A stretch of DNA of 63,943 nucleotides, the filler included. It is 10 parts of 10 records of this genome, joined end to end, with 100 filler letters (N's around TTAATTAATTAA, not from the genome) between each part and the next. Parts side by side here need not be neighbours in the genome. Positions count along the whole stretch, not along the records: positions 1 to 18,556 come from SRR20825010_1608; positions 18,657 to 22,603 come from SRR20825010_1610; 8 more parts are not named here. The stretch is one strand, 5' to 3'. The translations under genes were made by a program, and so were the position numbers. Below the pieces are notes generated by a model. It did no database searches. It was not told the origin of the DNA and saw only the letters and a program-made list of their open reading frames with translations. How positions within the stretch are numbered: the stretch's first letter is position 1; each line of letters starts with the position of its first letter. Positions 10,745 through 21,413 of this stretch are shown piece by piece.

Positions 10745-12037
10745 TCAGATTGCTTCATCCAGATCTTCGATCTGATCACCATATTTCTCGAATGCCTGCT
10801 TTCGGACATTTGGCAAATGATAACTCGGGAAAAGCTCATTGGAGGGGCGATATTCGCGCAAAACCTGTTTGGCCACAGTCACTTTGTGAACTTCGGTCGG
10901 GCCGTCTGCCAATCCGAGGAAGAAAGACGAAATGACCTGTGCGGTAAAGGGCATCTCGTTCGACAGTCCAAGCGATCCATGCAGGTGCAGCGCACGGGCA
11001 GCAACATCATGAAGAACTTTCGGCATTGCCGCTTTCACTGCAGCGATATCCTTTCGAACTCTGCGGTAATCCTTGTGCTTGTCGATCAACCATGCAGTTC
11101 GCAGCACAAGAAGTCGGAATTGTTCGATTTCAATCCAGGAATCGGCGATTTTCTCCTGTACCATCTGCTTGTCGGACAGTTTGGTCCCTTGTGTTTCGCG
11201 CGAGATGACGCGCTCGCACATCATATCGAAAGCTACTTTGGCTTCCGCGATGGTACGCATCGCATGATGGATACGCCCGCCGCCAAGACGGACTTGCGCC
11301 ACCACAAAAGCACCGCCCGGTTCACCAAGCACATGATCCAGCGGCACGCGAACGTTGGTATAGCGGATGTAAGCATGGCTACCCTCACCTTCCGCACCGA
11401 AACCAACATTCCGGATGATCTCAATGCCCGGTGCATCGGCCGGTACAATCATCATCGACATGCACTGATATGGCGGCGCATCCGGCTCTGTAATCGCCAT
11501 GACAATGTAAAAGGCGGCATACTTAGCATTCGACGAAAACCACTTCTCACCGTTGATCACCCATTCGTTGCCCTCACGAACTGCTGTCGTGGTGAAAATC
11601 AACGGGTCCGATCCACCTTGCGGTTCGGTCATGGAAAAGCAGGAAACAATTTCGTTATCCAGCAGAGGTTGAAGATATTTCTTCTTTTGCTCCGGCGTAC
11701 CGTAATGCGCGAGGATTTCGGCATTGCCAGTATCAGGTGCCTGACACCCGAAAACAGTCGGCGCAAAATGTGAGCGTCCGAGAATTTCATTCATAAGCGC
11801 CAGCTTAACCTGACCATAGCCCTGACCACCGAGTTCCGGCCCAAGGTGACACGCCCATAGCTTGCGTGCCTTCACCTTTTCCTGAAGCGGCCTCACCAGC
11901 TTTATGTTGTTCGGATTTTTGACGTCGTAGGGGCTGCCAAGTACATGGTCAAGTGGCTCGACTTCTGTGCGCACAAAATCCGCAATCCAATCCAGATCCT
12001 TTTGAAATTCAGGATCGGTTTCAAACTCCCAAGCCAT
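10745..12037 (-). CDS. Acyl-CoA dehydrogenase
   Basis: [32 protein letters not shown] and DGPTEVH motifs. Confidence 0.93.
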   Translation of the reverse strand: MAWEFETDPEFQKDLDWIADFVRTEVEPLDHVLGSPYDVKNPNNIKLVRPLQEKVKARKLWACHLGPELGGQGYGQVKLALMNEILGRSHFAPTVFGCQAPDTGNAEILAHYGTPEQKKKYLQPLLDNEIVSCFSMTEPQGGSDPLIFTTTAVREGNEWVINGEKWFSSNAKYAAFYIVMAITEPDAPPYQCMSMMIVPADAPGIEIIRNVGFGAEGEGSHAYIRYTNVRVPLDHVLGEPGGAFVVAQVRLGGGRIHHAMRTIAEAKVAFDMMCERVISRETQGTKLSDKQMVQEKIADSWIEIEQFRLLVLRTAWLIDKHKDYRRVRKDIAAVKAAMPKVLHDVAARALHLHGSLGLSNEMPFTAQVISSFFLGLADGPTEVHKVTVAKQVLREYRPSNELFPSYHLPNVRKQAFEKYGDQIEDLDEAI

Positions 12038-12073
12038 AGATAGCCTCCCAGCAATGTAATTATAATTTAAGTA

Positions 12074-12808
12074 TTAGAGGATCAGTCCACCATCGACAGG
12101 AATCGTCTGCCCAAGGACATAAGCGGATAGCGGGGAAGCCAAGAACAATGCGACACCCGCCATATCCTGAGGTGTGCCGAGCCGCCGCAACGGAATGCCG
12201 CGCAGACTTCCGGCCAGTCGTTCAGGATTGTCGGTCGTGACTTTAGTGAGCTTTGTATCCACCAATCCAGGCGCTATACCGTTTACCCGAATGCCGTCCT
12301 TGGCCCACGCCTCAGCAAGTGTGCGCGTGAGGCCAACCGCCCCTGTTTTCGATGCATTGTATGAAGGATTTCCGCGCGTGGAATGGAAGGCCGCGGTGGA
12401 GCTCACTGTGATGAGCGACCCTTTGCTTGCAGCGAGCATGTCATGAAACTTCAGCGCGCATGCCATCAGGCTGTTGAGATTTACATCCATGACCTTCTGA
12501 AAGCCGGTCATGTTGAACTCGCCGCGCTGATAGATCACTGTGCCTTGACTGAGCACCAAAACATCAAGTGACTTGAAGGGTGACTGATACTTTTCGATAG
12601 CGTCAAAATCCGACACGTCCATACAACCGTAATGCAATCCGCCCAGATCACTACCCTCGTCCGCCGAATAGTCGGATGCCTTCGTGCGAGTGCCCCAAAC
12701 ATGAACCGCCGCACCCTTCTCCTTGAACGCCTGTGCAATGCCATTGCCGATACCACTTGAACCACCGACGACCAGCACTGTCTTCCCTGTAAAATCAAGC
12801 TCCGACAT
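12074..12808 (-). CDS. SDR family oxidoreductase
   Basis: GGSSGIG and YNASK motifs; start placed at MSELDF behind a GGAG-type RBS. Confidence 0.9.
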   Translation of the reverse strand: MSELDFTGKTVLVVGGSSGIGNGIAQAFKEKGAAVHVWGTRTKASDYSADEGSDLGGLHYGCMDVSDFDAIEKYQSPFKSLDVLVLSQGTVIYQRGEFNMTGFQKVMDVNLNSLMACALKFHDMLAASKGSLITVSSTAAFHSTRGNPSYNASKTGAVGLTRTLAEAWAKDGIRVNGIAPGLVDTKLTKVTTDNPERLAGSLRGIPLRRLGTPQDMAGVALFLASPLSAYVLGQTIPVDGGLIL

Positions 12809-12893
12809 TCCCCACTCCATTCTTGCACGCTCAAATTAGGTCAGTTGGATAATAAGTTTGACGGAAACGCATTTGCAATGCAAAACTTTGTCC

Positions 12894-13628
12894 ATGCAAA
12901 AGACGCAAGGGAAAGCACAAGGCAAAGCCAATGCACGTGAGCAGATCAAGCTCGCAGCTCGTCGCCTATTTGCAATTTCCGGAATCGATGGCGTGACGGT
13001 CCGGCAAATTGTTGATGCCGCGAAACAAAAAAACCATGGATCTCTAACGTATTACTTCGGCACCAAGGAAGCGCTCATCCGCGAGCTGGTTGCTGATGGT
13101 GCAAAGCTGATTGACGAACGACGCAACGTTATGCTCGACAGGCTCGAGAGAGACGGCCGCGCGCTGTCAGTGCATGACATTGTGGAAACTCTGGTTCTTC
13201 CATCTATTGGGCTGGCAGGCGAAAAGCAGGACGAGGAAGACACATACACGCGCTTCATTTCGATGCTGACCATGAACCATCGCAACCTCTTCATGGATGC
13301 ATTAGAGAAACGCTGGAACTCTGGCTATCTCCGTGCGCTTGAGCACTTAAGACACCTGATGCCCGACATGCCGGAGGCTGCAAAAAATCAACGTTTCGTT
13401 TTCATGGGCGCATATCTCAGCAGCGTTTTGAGCTTGCGCGAAGCCGCTCTGACCGACCGCAGCCGCCCTCACCCAACATGGCATTCACCAGATACGCTTC
13501 CTCACTTCGTGCAAACGATCACGGTAATGCTGGAAGCGCCACTTGATCCCAAGCTGTTTGAACACGCAGGACGTACACAGACCAGACCCCGCAAAATTGT
13601 GGGGTCTATCGGCATGATCCTCGACTAA
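12894..13628 (+). CDS. TetR/AcrR family transcriptional regulator
   Basis: N-terminal HTH (AARRLFA..GIDGVTVRQI..YYFGTKEAL); divergent from the catabolic operon. Start uncertain (12858 or 12894). Confidence 0.88.
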   Translation: MQKTQGKAQGKANAREQIKLAARRLFAISGIDGVTVRQIVDAAKQKNHGSLTYYFGTKEALIRELVADGAKLIDERRNVMLDRLERDGRALSVHDIVETLVLPSIGLAGEKQDEEDTYTRFISMLTMNHRNLFMDALEKRWNSGYLRALEHLRHLMPDMPEAAKNQRFVFMGAYLSSVLSLREAALTDRSRPHPTWHSPDTLPHFVQTITVMLEAPLDPKLFEHAGRTQTRPRKIVGSIGMILD

Positions 13629-13640
13629 GCACAACTAAAC

Positions 13641-14552
13641 TCAAGCGACTTTGGAATTTCCCGTGCTGCGGTCCATCGCCTTGGAAATGACCTCTCCGGC
13701 CCCCTTTATCGCATATCGCGCTGCTCCAAGCATTGGATGAAAGAAGTGCCAAACGTGAATCATTTCAGGCCATATCTGAAGATTAACTTCAACATCCGCT
13801 GCGCCGGCAACACTTGCAAGTCGCGTCGCATCATCCAACAAGGTTTCAGCTGCACCAACCTGAATGAGCAAAGGAGCAATTCCGCTGAAATCTCCATGGA
13901 GCGGCGCCGCGAGCGGTGCTTGTGGATTGGCGCCATTTAGATAGGCAGCCGCCATACCGAGCAAACCATCTTTCTGCACCATGGGATCACGCGCTGACTG
14001 TGTGATCATGGATCGACCTGTCGCTTCGAGGTCAACCCATGGTGAAATACAGAAGCCACAAGCTGGTTGCTGGAGCGCAGCGTCGCGAATGGCAAGAAGA
14101 GCCGCAACTGTCAGCCCACCACCGGCGCTATCACCGGCAATAGCAATATTGCCGGGCTGGAACCCCTGATCGAGCAAGAAGCGATATGCCGCCAACGCAT
14201 CATCAACCGCTGCGGGAAAGGGGTGCTCCGGCGCAAGACGATAGTCGAGCGACAAGGCCAAAGAGCCTGTTGCTCGCCCCAATTCCGTCACAAGATGCCG
14301 GTGACTTGCGATTGATCCAATGACATACCCTCCGCCGTGCACATACATGATGACGCGGTCTTTTGCAGCATTGGGGGTCGATGACCATTCTGCCGGAACG
14401 CCGTTGGCACTGATTTTTTCAAGAATCACATCCGCAGCAGGGGGGAACACCTCTCCCATCGCGTCGTAGGCCTTGCGCAATTCCAGTGTATCTTGTGGAA
14501 AGTCTGAATTTGCAAGAAATTCTAAAACCTTGCCGATTTCCGGATCTTTCAT
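13641..14552 (-). CDS. HSL-family alpha/beta hydrolase (esterase/lipase)
   Basis: HGGG oxyanion motif, GDSAG nucleophile and C-terminal HVW. Confidence 0.92.
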   Translation of the reverse strand: MKDPEIGKVLEFLANSDFPQDTLELRKAYDAMGEVFPPAADVILEKISANGVPAEWSSTPNAAKDRVIMYVHGGGYVIGSIASHRHLVTELGRATGSLALSLDYRLAPEHPFPAAVDDALAAYRFLLDQGFQPGNIAIAGDSAGGGLTVAALLAIRDAALQQPACGFCISPWVDLEATGRSMITQSARDPMVQKDGLLGMAAAYLNGANPQAPLAAPLHGDFSGIAPLLIQVGAAETLLDDATRLASVAGAADVEVNLQIWPEMIHVWHFFHPMLGAARYAIKGAGEVISKAMDRSTGNSKVA

Positions 14553-14622
14553 TCGCTCGCTCCCCAATCATATTTTGAGAGAATGATAGACCTTCATTGA
14601 GTTGCGGCAAGGGCTACAGAAG

Positions 14623-15240
14623 TCAGGCGGCCTGAATTTTGAGAATTTCTTCCTCGACATCTCTTAAGCGATCTTTGCCAAAGAAAATCTCACTACCGAC
14701 GTAAAAAGTTGGAGCTCCAAACGTACCACGCTCGACAGAGGCCGATGTATTGGCGAGAAGTTGATCTTTCACGTCTTGTTCCTGAATACGGGCAAGAATA
14801 TGCGCGCCATCGAGACCACCAGCATCCAGTTCAGCGCGGATCACTTCGGCATCATCCATTTTTTTGGATTCTTCCCACATCGCTCGAAAGACAATGCCGA
14901 GATATTTCGGCAAGTCGTTTTCCATCTGCGTAACAATCGCACCACGCATGATCTGAACCGTATTGACCGGAAAATGCGTGTTCATTTTGAATTTGACGAG
15001 CTTGTGCCGCGAGATAAAGCGTTGCATCTCGATACGGTCATAGTCTGGCTTATTCTTGATATTGCCGAACGCAATCATGGGAGGCTGGTTGCCAGTGAGC
15101 TTGAACACACCACCCAACAGCACCGGCACATTGAGAAATGTCACGCCGGTTCGCTTCTCAATTTCTGGGATGACTTTCCAGGCCAAATAGGAATTTGGGC
15201 TACCAAAATCAAAGTGATGCTCCGCAGTTACGTCAGCCAT
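14623..15240 (-). CDS. 2-hydroxychromene-2-carboxylate isomerase / kappa-GST (DsbA-like) protein
   Basis: FDFGSPNSY, FGAPTF and FFGKDRL motifs; TAATG overlap with the upstream SDR. Confidence 0.88.
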   Translation of the reverse strand: MADVTAEHHFDFGSPNSYLAWKVIPEIEKRTGVTFLNVPVLLGGVFKLTGNQPPMIAFGNIKNKPDYDRIEMQRFISRHKLVKFKMNTHFPVNTVQIMRGAIVTQMENDLPKYLGIVFRAMWEESKKMDDAEVIRAELDAGGLDGAHILARIQEQDVKDQLLANTSASVERGTFGAPTFYVGSEIFFGKDRLRDVEEEILKIQAA

Positions 15241-15986
15241 TACCATGTTTCTCCATAGGGGCGAATATCAAGTTCATGAGTCCAAGCATCGCGCGGCTGG
15301 TTATGCAGCATCCAATAAGTATCGGCGATTGAAGACGGGTTCATCAAACGGTCCGGCGGAAGATTGGCCGCGACAGCCTCACCCTGCGCAGCCTTGATCC
15401 GGTCGCGTACAAAAGCGGTATCGACACCAGCATCAATAATCAGGTGCACAACATGAATATTCTGCGGTCCCAGTTCGCGTGACATGCTCTGCGCGATTGC
15501 GCGAAGCCCGAATTTGGCGGAGGCAAATGCGGCATAACCACTACCACCACGCAAGCTGGCAGTCGCTCCTGTGAAGAAGATAGACCCTTGGCCGCGTGGA
15601 ACCATGTGACGCGCCGCTTCCCGCCCTGCCAGAAACCCGGAGTAGCAAGCCATCTCCCAGACTTTCCGGAACACTCGTTCTGTTGTGTCCAACAAAGGGA
15701 AGTTCACATTGGCTCCAACATTAAAAATGCAAACCTCAAGAGGCGCATGGGCGTCGGCTTCCGCTAGAAATGCGGATACCTCATCTTCCTTACGAGCGTC
15801 GAGGCCACGTGTTTCACAAAAGCCTCCTGCACCTTCAATCTCGGACTTTAATAGAGCCAGCTTATCCGCGGTGCGCCGGCCTGCAAACACCGTGTAGCCC
15901 TCAGCCGCAAAGCGTTTAGCAATGGCCCCGCCAATGTAATCACCCGCCCCAATTACGGCGACAGTCGCATTTTTTTTGGCAGCCAC
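15240..15986 (-). CDS. SDR family oxidoreductase
   Basis: GAGDYIG, FTGATASLRG, FASAKF and HELDIRP motifs. Confidence 0.9.
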   Translation of the reverse strand: MAAKKNATVAVIGAGDYIGGAIAKRFAAEGYTVFAGRRTADKLALLKSEIEGAGGFCETRGLDARKEDEVSAFLAEADAHAPLEVCIFNVGANVNFPLLDTTERVFRKVWEMACYSGFLAGREAARHMVPRGQGSIFFTGATASLRGGSGYAAFASAKFGLRAIAQSMSRELGPQNIHVVHLIIDAGVDTAFVRDRIKAAQGEAVAANLPPDRLMNPSSIADTYWMLHNQPRDAWTHELDIRPYGETW

Positions 15987-16043
15987 GATCGATCCCCATC
16001 CTGTTCTGCCAATATATAAGTTCCAAAATAGAACTAAGTCAAG

Positions 16044-17081
16044 TCACGCTAAAGACTCGCCGGAAATTCGCCACTCAATGCCTGTTTCGCTGCGTCGTGT
16101 CGTCAATGTGAGGCGGCGATTATGCGCAGCAAGCGCCCCCTCCCAAAGCTGGTTCCATGCAGTGAAAGCGGCAGGTTGATCCGGTATGCCCTCCATCAAT
16201 CGCCAACCGGTTTGATTCAAAAGAATATCATTGCCGGATCGTACGATCTCAATCTGCTCGCCCTGTGCTGCAGCCAATGCAGCCAGATAGCTTGCAAATG
16301 CCTCCACATCACGTGTCTCTATATCCAGCATTGCGGCCGTCTCATCATAGAACTGCATACCGATCAGGCGCGCAGCGTGTCCCAGGTGACTTTCAGTTTC
16401 ATCTGGGCCGAACTGCGTCAACATTGTGGGGACAAGCGAGCGCACATACTCCATCGCATAAGCGCGCTCGACTTTCTTCAGTCGCTCTTCAGGCCAGTCA
16501 GCATGATCAAGTTGCGGCGCAAATGCGGAGTCATAATCTGGCGCCTGTTCATCATATGCAAAACGCACCCGCTCGTTCTCTGCAATCACGCGTCCGTAGT
16601 CGAAGTAATATCCCTCCAATCCAGCCGAACCATCGACGGTCTGACCTGTGCAGACAAATCCGAGCCTGTTATTGCCGAGCGAAACACCATTGTGTCCATG
16701 CCAACCATGCAGCATTCCGGCATTGACGTGGGAGGGGATTCCGCAAATAGCAGCTCCCTGCCAAATCCATCGCGGGGGCGGATAACGCACCCAAGCTTTG
16801 CGATCACTCTCGGCGTAATACTCGGTTTTCACACCACCTAATGCGTTTGAAAAATAGTGGTATTGCGCGCAGGCAACTGGGTCTGGCAAGCCATCGAGCC
16901 GAAGCTTCTTCAAGCCGGGTAGGAATTTTTCGAGATGCTGCCGGCGAAAATGACCTTTCACAAATTGAGCCGCTGCGTCGGCACTTTTGCGAGTGACCAG
17001 CGTCAACACCAACCCCGTCATCAATGCGTTGTATATTTTCGCGATGGCTTTATAGCCTGCTAGACTCGGATTCACATTCAT
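16044..17081 (-). CDS. Conserved hypothetical protein (possibly duplicated ATC-hydrolase/V4R-like fold)
   Basis: 345-aa ORF coupled (TGATG overlap) to the upstream hydrolase; protein-like composition. The fold guess is inference. Confidence 0.75.
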   Translation of the reverse strand: MNVNPSLAGYKAIAKIYNALMTGLVLTLVTRKSADAAAQFVKGHFRRQHLEKFLPGLKKLRLDGLPDPVACAQYHYFSNALGGVKTEYYAESDRKAWVRYPPPRWIWQGAAICGIPSHVNAGMLHGWHGHNGVSLGNNRLGFVCTGQTVDGSAGLEGYYFDYGRVIAENERVRFAYDEQAPDYDSAFAPQLDHADWPEERLKKVERAYAMEYVRSLVPTMLTQFGPDETESHLGHAARLIGMQFYDETAAMLDIETRDVEAFASYLAALAAAQGEQIEIVRSGNDILLNQTGWRLMEGIPDQPAAFTAWNQLWEGALAAHNRRLTLTTRRSETGIEWRISGESLA

Positions 17082-17959
17082 CAGATTTGTGCCTCGATCC
17101 AGCTCCTCAGATTTTTTGTCACCTCAGCAGCATTTGTCTCGTTCAACATCTCGTGTCGTCCGCCGGCATAAAAATCAGCTTTCACGTTAAGACCGCGGGC
17201 GCGATACCTCTCCACCAGCACTTCTAAAAATGACAAATCGGGTCCGCCTACGGGGTCCTTATCCCCCGAAAAGAAATAGACAGGTAGGTCCTTACGAATT
17301 TTGGCCACAATCCTCTCATCGGAAGTCGGCAAAAGAGCTTCGATCATGGATTGCATAGAGGCAGGTGTCACAGAGAATCCGCACATCGGATCGGCGATAT
17401 AGGCATCAACCTCGCTTTCATCTCTACTCAACCAATCGAATGGTGTGCGCGCTGGTTCAAATGCCCCGTTGAAAGCATCCAGTGCAGGCGCGTCTGGATC
17501 CGCAGGCAAAACCGACACAACGCGATCCAGAGCAGATGATCCTGAAATCACAAGCCCGTCGATCGCAGATGAATGATCGATTGCAAAAAGCTGGGCGGCA
17601 AAAGACCCCATACTGTGCCCCATCAAGAAAAGAGGGATATTCTTGTTGTCAGCGCGGGCCTTGTCGGTAAGAAGCTTCATGTCACTAACCAATGCCGGAA
17701 AACCAACCAAGCCAAAGTCTCCGTATTGTTCAGGAGACGGTGCCGTGCGCCCGTGCCCTCGGTGATCACTGGCATAGATGACGATTCCAGCATCCATGAG
17801 CGCTTCAAGTTTTGGCTTATAGCGCATGGAATGTTCACCCATTCCGTGCGCGACTTGCAGTATCGCTCTCACAGGCCCCGGCTTTGACCATCGCCATGCC
17901 GCTACTTTTGTACCGTCCAATGCGTCCAGCTGAAACGCTTCTTCTTTGATCTCGCTCAT
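17081..17959 (-). CDS. Alpha/beta hydrolase, lysophospholipase/monoglyceride-lipase-like
   Basis: HGMGEH, DHRGHG, GHSMG and RHEMLNE motifs. Confidence 0.92.
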   Translation of the reverse strand: MSEIKEEAFQLDALDGTKVAAWRWSKPGPVRAILQVAHGMGEHSMRYKPKLEALMDAGIVIYASDHRGHGRTAPSPEQYGDFGLVGFPALVSDMKLLTDKARADNKNIPLFLMGHSMGSFAAQLFAIDHSSAIDGLVISGSSALDRVVSVLPADPDAPALDAFNGAFEPARTPFDWLSRDESEVDAYIADPMCGFSVTPASMQSMIEALLPTSDERIVAKIRKDLPVYFFSGDKDPVGGPDLSFLEVLVERYRARGLNVKADFYAGGRHEMLNETNAAEVTKNLRSWIEAQI

Positions 17960-18047
17960 CTGCCTACCCTTTAACTTTATCCTTATGTGATCATTTTCCA
18001 CTCCTATGGCAGAATGGCAATGCTCCCAAAGAACCGTCGAGGTTGTG

Positions 18048-18556
18048 ATGCATAAGTTGATAAAAGTCGCCCTTCTGGCTCTTGCGTTTGTTTCAAATTC
18101 TTCTGCCTTTACACGGGCACAGGCAGCGGACGGGACACTTGTGTTTGCCGCTGCAAGTATGCAGCAATCACTTGATGCTGTTGCTGAGATGTGGAAAAAG
18201 GCCGGTCACTCGCCTGTCCTGATTTCATACGCCGGAAGTTCAGTCATTGCTCGACAGATTGAGCAAGGAGCACCCGCAGATATCTTCATTTCGGCCAATC
18301 AAGCGTGGATGGACTATCTCTCACAGAGAAAACTCACATTAGCTACTTCTCGTCGCAATCTACTGGGGAACAGTCTCGTCCTGATCGCACCGGCTACATC
18401 TGCTGAGACCATTGATATACAAGCTGGGTTTGACATTACCTCGGCGCTCAACGGCGGGCGTCTTGCTATGGCCGATATTCAGAGCGTGCCAGCGGGACAG
18501 TATGGCGAGGCGGCTCTCAAATCGCTGGGAGTTTGGGAAAAGGTAGAAAAGTCTGT
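18048..18556 (+). CDS. modA: Molybdate ABC transporter substrate-binding protein (truncated by contig end)
   Basis: Signal peptide, VFAAASM, AGSS..ARQIEQGAPADIFISAN and VPAGQYG motifs. Confidence 0.92.
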
Positions 18557-18656
18557 NNNNNNNNNNNNNNNNNNNNNNNNNNNNNNNNNNNNNNNNNNNN
18601 TTAATTAATTAANNNNNNNNNNNNNNNNNNNNNNNNNNNNNNNNNNNNNNNNNNNN
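18557..18656. other. Artificial contig spacer (N44-TTAATTAATTAA-N44), repeated at eight further positions
   Basis: Identical 100-nt blocks with stops in all six frames. Genes are cut at every spacer and composition changes across them. Confidence 0.98.
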
Positions 18657-19865
18657 ATGGACGACCAGATGGAAGCCCTTGAGCCCTACAAACTGGTCCG
18701 GTCGCTGCAGTTTGTGCAGGATGCGGTGGTGCAGGGCGATCATTCTGCGATGGAAATGCAGCGCTTTCTCATCGGCGTCATCGACAGCCGTCTTCGGCAG
18801 GCGGACCAGTCGGTCTTTGACGATCCGCGCAATGTCGACGCGGCGCTGATCTACGCCATGAGCGGAGGCAATCCGGCGACGCTCGACATTCTGGCAATCA
18901 AGGACAAGTTCGGCAATTTCGACAACGAGGTCACCACCGTACTCAGGGCCTATCTGAACGGCCGCGCCGCCAAGACCCAGACAGAGCTGAGCGAAGTGGT
19001 CAAGATCTACCGGGATACGGAGATCGGCCCCTACATCACATTGGTGGCCGCCAATGTGATGGCCGCGTTGAATGACTCCTCCGCATTGCAGCTGTTCGAT
19101 TGGGCGAGGCTGACCGCTCCCGGTACGCTGGTGGAGGAGGCTGCCCTGAGGCGGTCCCTGTTCATCGCGGCGCAGAAGAACATGGTCGACGAGGCGCTGC
19201 ATTACGCCCAACTCTATGCCCGTCGCTTCATCAACTCGCCCTATGCCGGCCAGTATGCCGATCTTGTTGTCGATCTCGTGCTGCTCAACTACGAGAAGGT
19301 CGGAGATGAGGGGCTCAGCGAGATCCTCTCCTTCATGGATAGGCCAAGAAAGCGCGAGATCTATCTGCGCATCGCCCGCAAGGCGGCCATCACCGGCCTG
19401 CGCGAACTTGCGGTGTTTGCTTCCGACCGGGCCGAAGCGCTTCTGGGAGTGAACGACAAGACTCCGCAGGCAATGGCGGAACTCTATTCAGGCATGGCAA
19501 AGATACCCACGGATGGTGTTGATGCTGTTCTTCAAAGTATAAATGCGCTTTCGGGTGCCCGTTTGTCACGGCGCGACCGTGCTTTACGGGAAGCGGCAAA
19601 GGTTGTTGCAAGCGAAGTCGTGAAAAAACCTGTCCCCGACAGCTTCACGCAAGCATACCCCTCCATCATAGCGCAACCGGAAGTGCCGCAAGGTGCCGAA
19701 AACATCAAGGCGGACACCGGTGAAGAGAAAAAGCCCGGAAGCTCTATTTTCAGACGGACGAGTGTAGCTGAAGAGGTGAGCCGTGCGGCGGAGGAAGAAG
19801 CATTCAAGGGTTATGTAGCGGAGCGCAAACAGGCACTCGAGCGCATAGACAAGCTGCTTGAGTGA
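18657..19865 (+). CDS. motC: Chemotaxis/motility protein MotC (5' end probably truncated)
   Basis: LEPYKLVRSLQFVQD..GDH, SGGNP and APGTLVEEAALRR; rhizobial order motC-fliK-SLT-rem. Confidence 0.88.
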   Translation: MDDQMEALEPYKLVRSLQFVQDAVVQGDHSAMEMQRFLIGVIDSRLRQADQSVFDDPRNVDAALIYAMSGGNPATLDILAIKDKFGNFDNEVTTVLRAYLNGRAAKTQTELSEVVKIYRDTEIGPYITLVAANVMAALNDSSALQLFDWARLTAPGTLVEEAALRRSLFIAAQKNMVDEALHYAQLYARRFINSPYAGQYADLVVDLVLLNYEKVGDEGLSEILSFMDRPRKREIYLRIARKAAITGLRELAVFASDRAEALLGVNDKTPQAMAELYSGMAKIPTDGVDAVLQSINALSGARLSRRDRALREAAKVVASEVVKKPVPDSFTQAYPSIIAQPEVPQGAENIKADTGEEKKPGSSIFRRTSVAEEVSRAAEEEAFKGYVAERKQALERIDKLLE

Positions 19866-19883
19866 ATTGAAGAGGAAAGCATC

Positions 19884-21413
19884 GTGAGTGCACTGGATAT
19901 GGTGTTGCAGCGGCAAGTACCTGCACGGCCGGTTGCAAAGGCCGGTGAAGGCTTCACCGGCGCCGATGCTGCCGGGGACGGCAGAAGCGATGCGTTTTCG
20001 GCCGCCCTTTCTCATGAGAAACGCAGCGCTGCCGCGGAACCGCAGGACAAGCGCACCGTGGCCGCGGACTCCGACAAGGTCCGGTCAGGCGAAGAAACCG
20101 ATGCGGGCACTGACACCGGGGAACCTGATGACTTGATGTCTTCCGGGTCCGGGCAGTCCGACGAGGTTCTCAATCTCCTGTCCGGATTGATGTCCAGTGC
20201 GGCCTACTCCGATGACGCCGATCTTGGAAAGATCGCACAGGGCGAACAGGTTCCGGCTGAAGTTGCGGCTGATGCCGAAGAAATGGCCGCCGGCGCCGAT
20301 GCCGTTGAGGAAGCGCCTGCAGGCAAGCCGGACGCTGCCGTCGTGATCAAGCCGGCCATGGCAGGCTCCGATGATGTGAGTGAGGCCGGCACGAAAGATG
20401 CTGGCGCCAAGGTCGCTCCGGCGCGGCCTCAGGCTGGGGCAGAGACAACGGCAGCCAACATGCCACAGCAGGCGGTCGACGCACAGAAGGCAGCCGCTGC
20501 CCAGGCAAGCGCGGTCCAGCCGGGTCAGCACGGCTCCGTCGATGCCAGGTCGGCAACCGCGGCGCCTGCCACCCTGGCATCCGCGGCCACAGCCGCAGCG
20601 GCACTGACAGGGCAGGGCACGCAGGCACCGGCAAAGGCTTCGACGACGGAGTCCGGTTCCGACCGGCAGAAGGACCAGACCGCGATCAGGGAAGTCATGC
20701 GCGCACTTGGCATGGAGGGCGAGGCCCAACCCGCCGATGATGCCAGGATCCGGGGCCGCAATGCAGGCAGGCAGGGCGACGCTGCCGAGCGGAACAGCGA
20801 CGAACCCGCCAGCCTCAAGGGCGGCAAGGTCGAAGTGATCGAATCGCGGCGGTTCATGCCCGCGCAGACCATGTCGGCGAATGCCCAGTTGTTGACCCGT
20901 TCGCTGGTGGACGCGGGCACCACGGCGTTGTCGGCCCAGCGCACGGCGCCGGCGCAACCGCTTGCCCAGACGGGACCGCAGCAGGCAGGGCAAACGCTTC
21001 ACACCCTCAAGCTTCAACTCAATCCGGCATCGCTCGGCAGCGTCACCGCTGTTCTGAAACTGTCCGGTGAAGACCTGTCGGTCGAGATCAAGGTCCAGAC
21101 GGCCGAAGCCTACCGGCAGATCAAGCAAGACAATGAATCGATCATCAAGGCACTCCGTGGTCAGGGCTTTGGCGTCGAGCAGATCACGGTCCAGCACGTT
21201 GCCGGGCCCGACCGTGCTTCAAGCCAGACCGCGCAGCAGGGGGTTCAGCCGAGCCAGCAGGGACCGGGGTCAAGTGATGCACAGTCATCGGGCAGCGAGA
21301 GCGGGCGCAACAATGCAGGCAGGCAGGGAACCGGTAGCCAGGGAGAGCAAGGCCATGAACAGAGTTCGTATGCTGGTTCTGGCGCTGGTCGCACTGACGG
21401 CGTTTATCTCTGA
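19884..21413 (+). CDS. fliK: Flagellar hook-length control protein FliK (MotD)
   Basis: Long Ala/Gln-rich low-complexity region and a C-terminal LKLQLNPASLGSV domain; synteny. Confidence 0.85.
   Translation: MSALDMVLQRQVPARPVAKAGEGFTGADAAGDGRSDAFSAALSHEKRSAAAEPQDKRTVAADSDKVRSGEETDAGTDTGEPDDLMSSGSGQSDEVLNLLSGLMSSAAYSDDADLGKIAQGEQVPAEVAADAEEMAAGADAVEEAPAGKPDAAVVIKPAMAGSDDVSEAGTKDAGAKVAPARPQAGAETTAANMPQQAVDAQKAAAAQASAVQPGQHGSVDARSATAAPATLASAATAAAALTGQGTQAPAKASTTESGSDRQKDQTAIREVMRALGMEGEAQPADDARIRGRNAGRQGDAAERNSDEPASLKGGKVEVIESRRFMPAQTMSANAQLLTRSLVDAGTTALSAQRTAPAQPLAQTGPQQAGQTLHTLKLQLNPASLGSVTAVLKLSGEDLSVEIKVQTAEAYRQIKQDNESIIKALRGQGFGVEQITVQHVAGPDRASSQTAQQGVQPSQQGPGSSDAQSSGSESGRNNAGRQGTGSQGEQGHEQSSYAGSGAGRTDGVYL

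Noticed and set aside
19884-21413. Low-complexity Ala/Gln/Gly-rich protein as a novel repeat protein
   Set aside because: Expected for the FliK molecular-ruler region.
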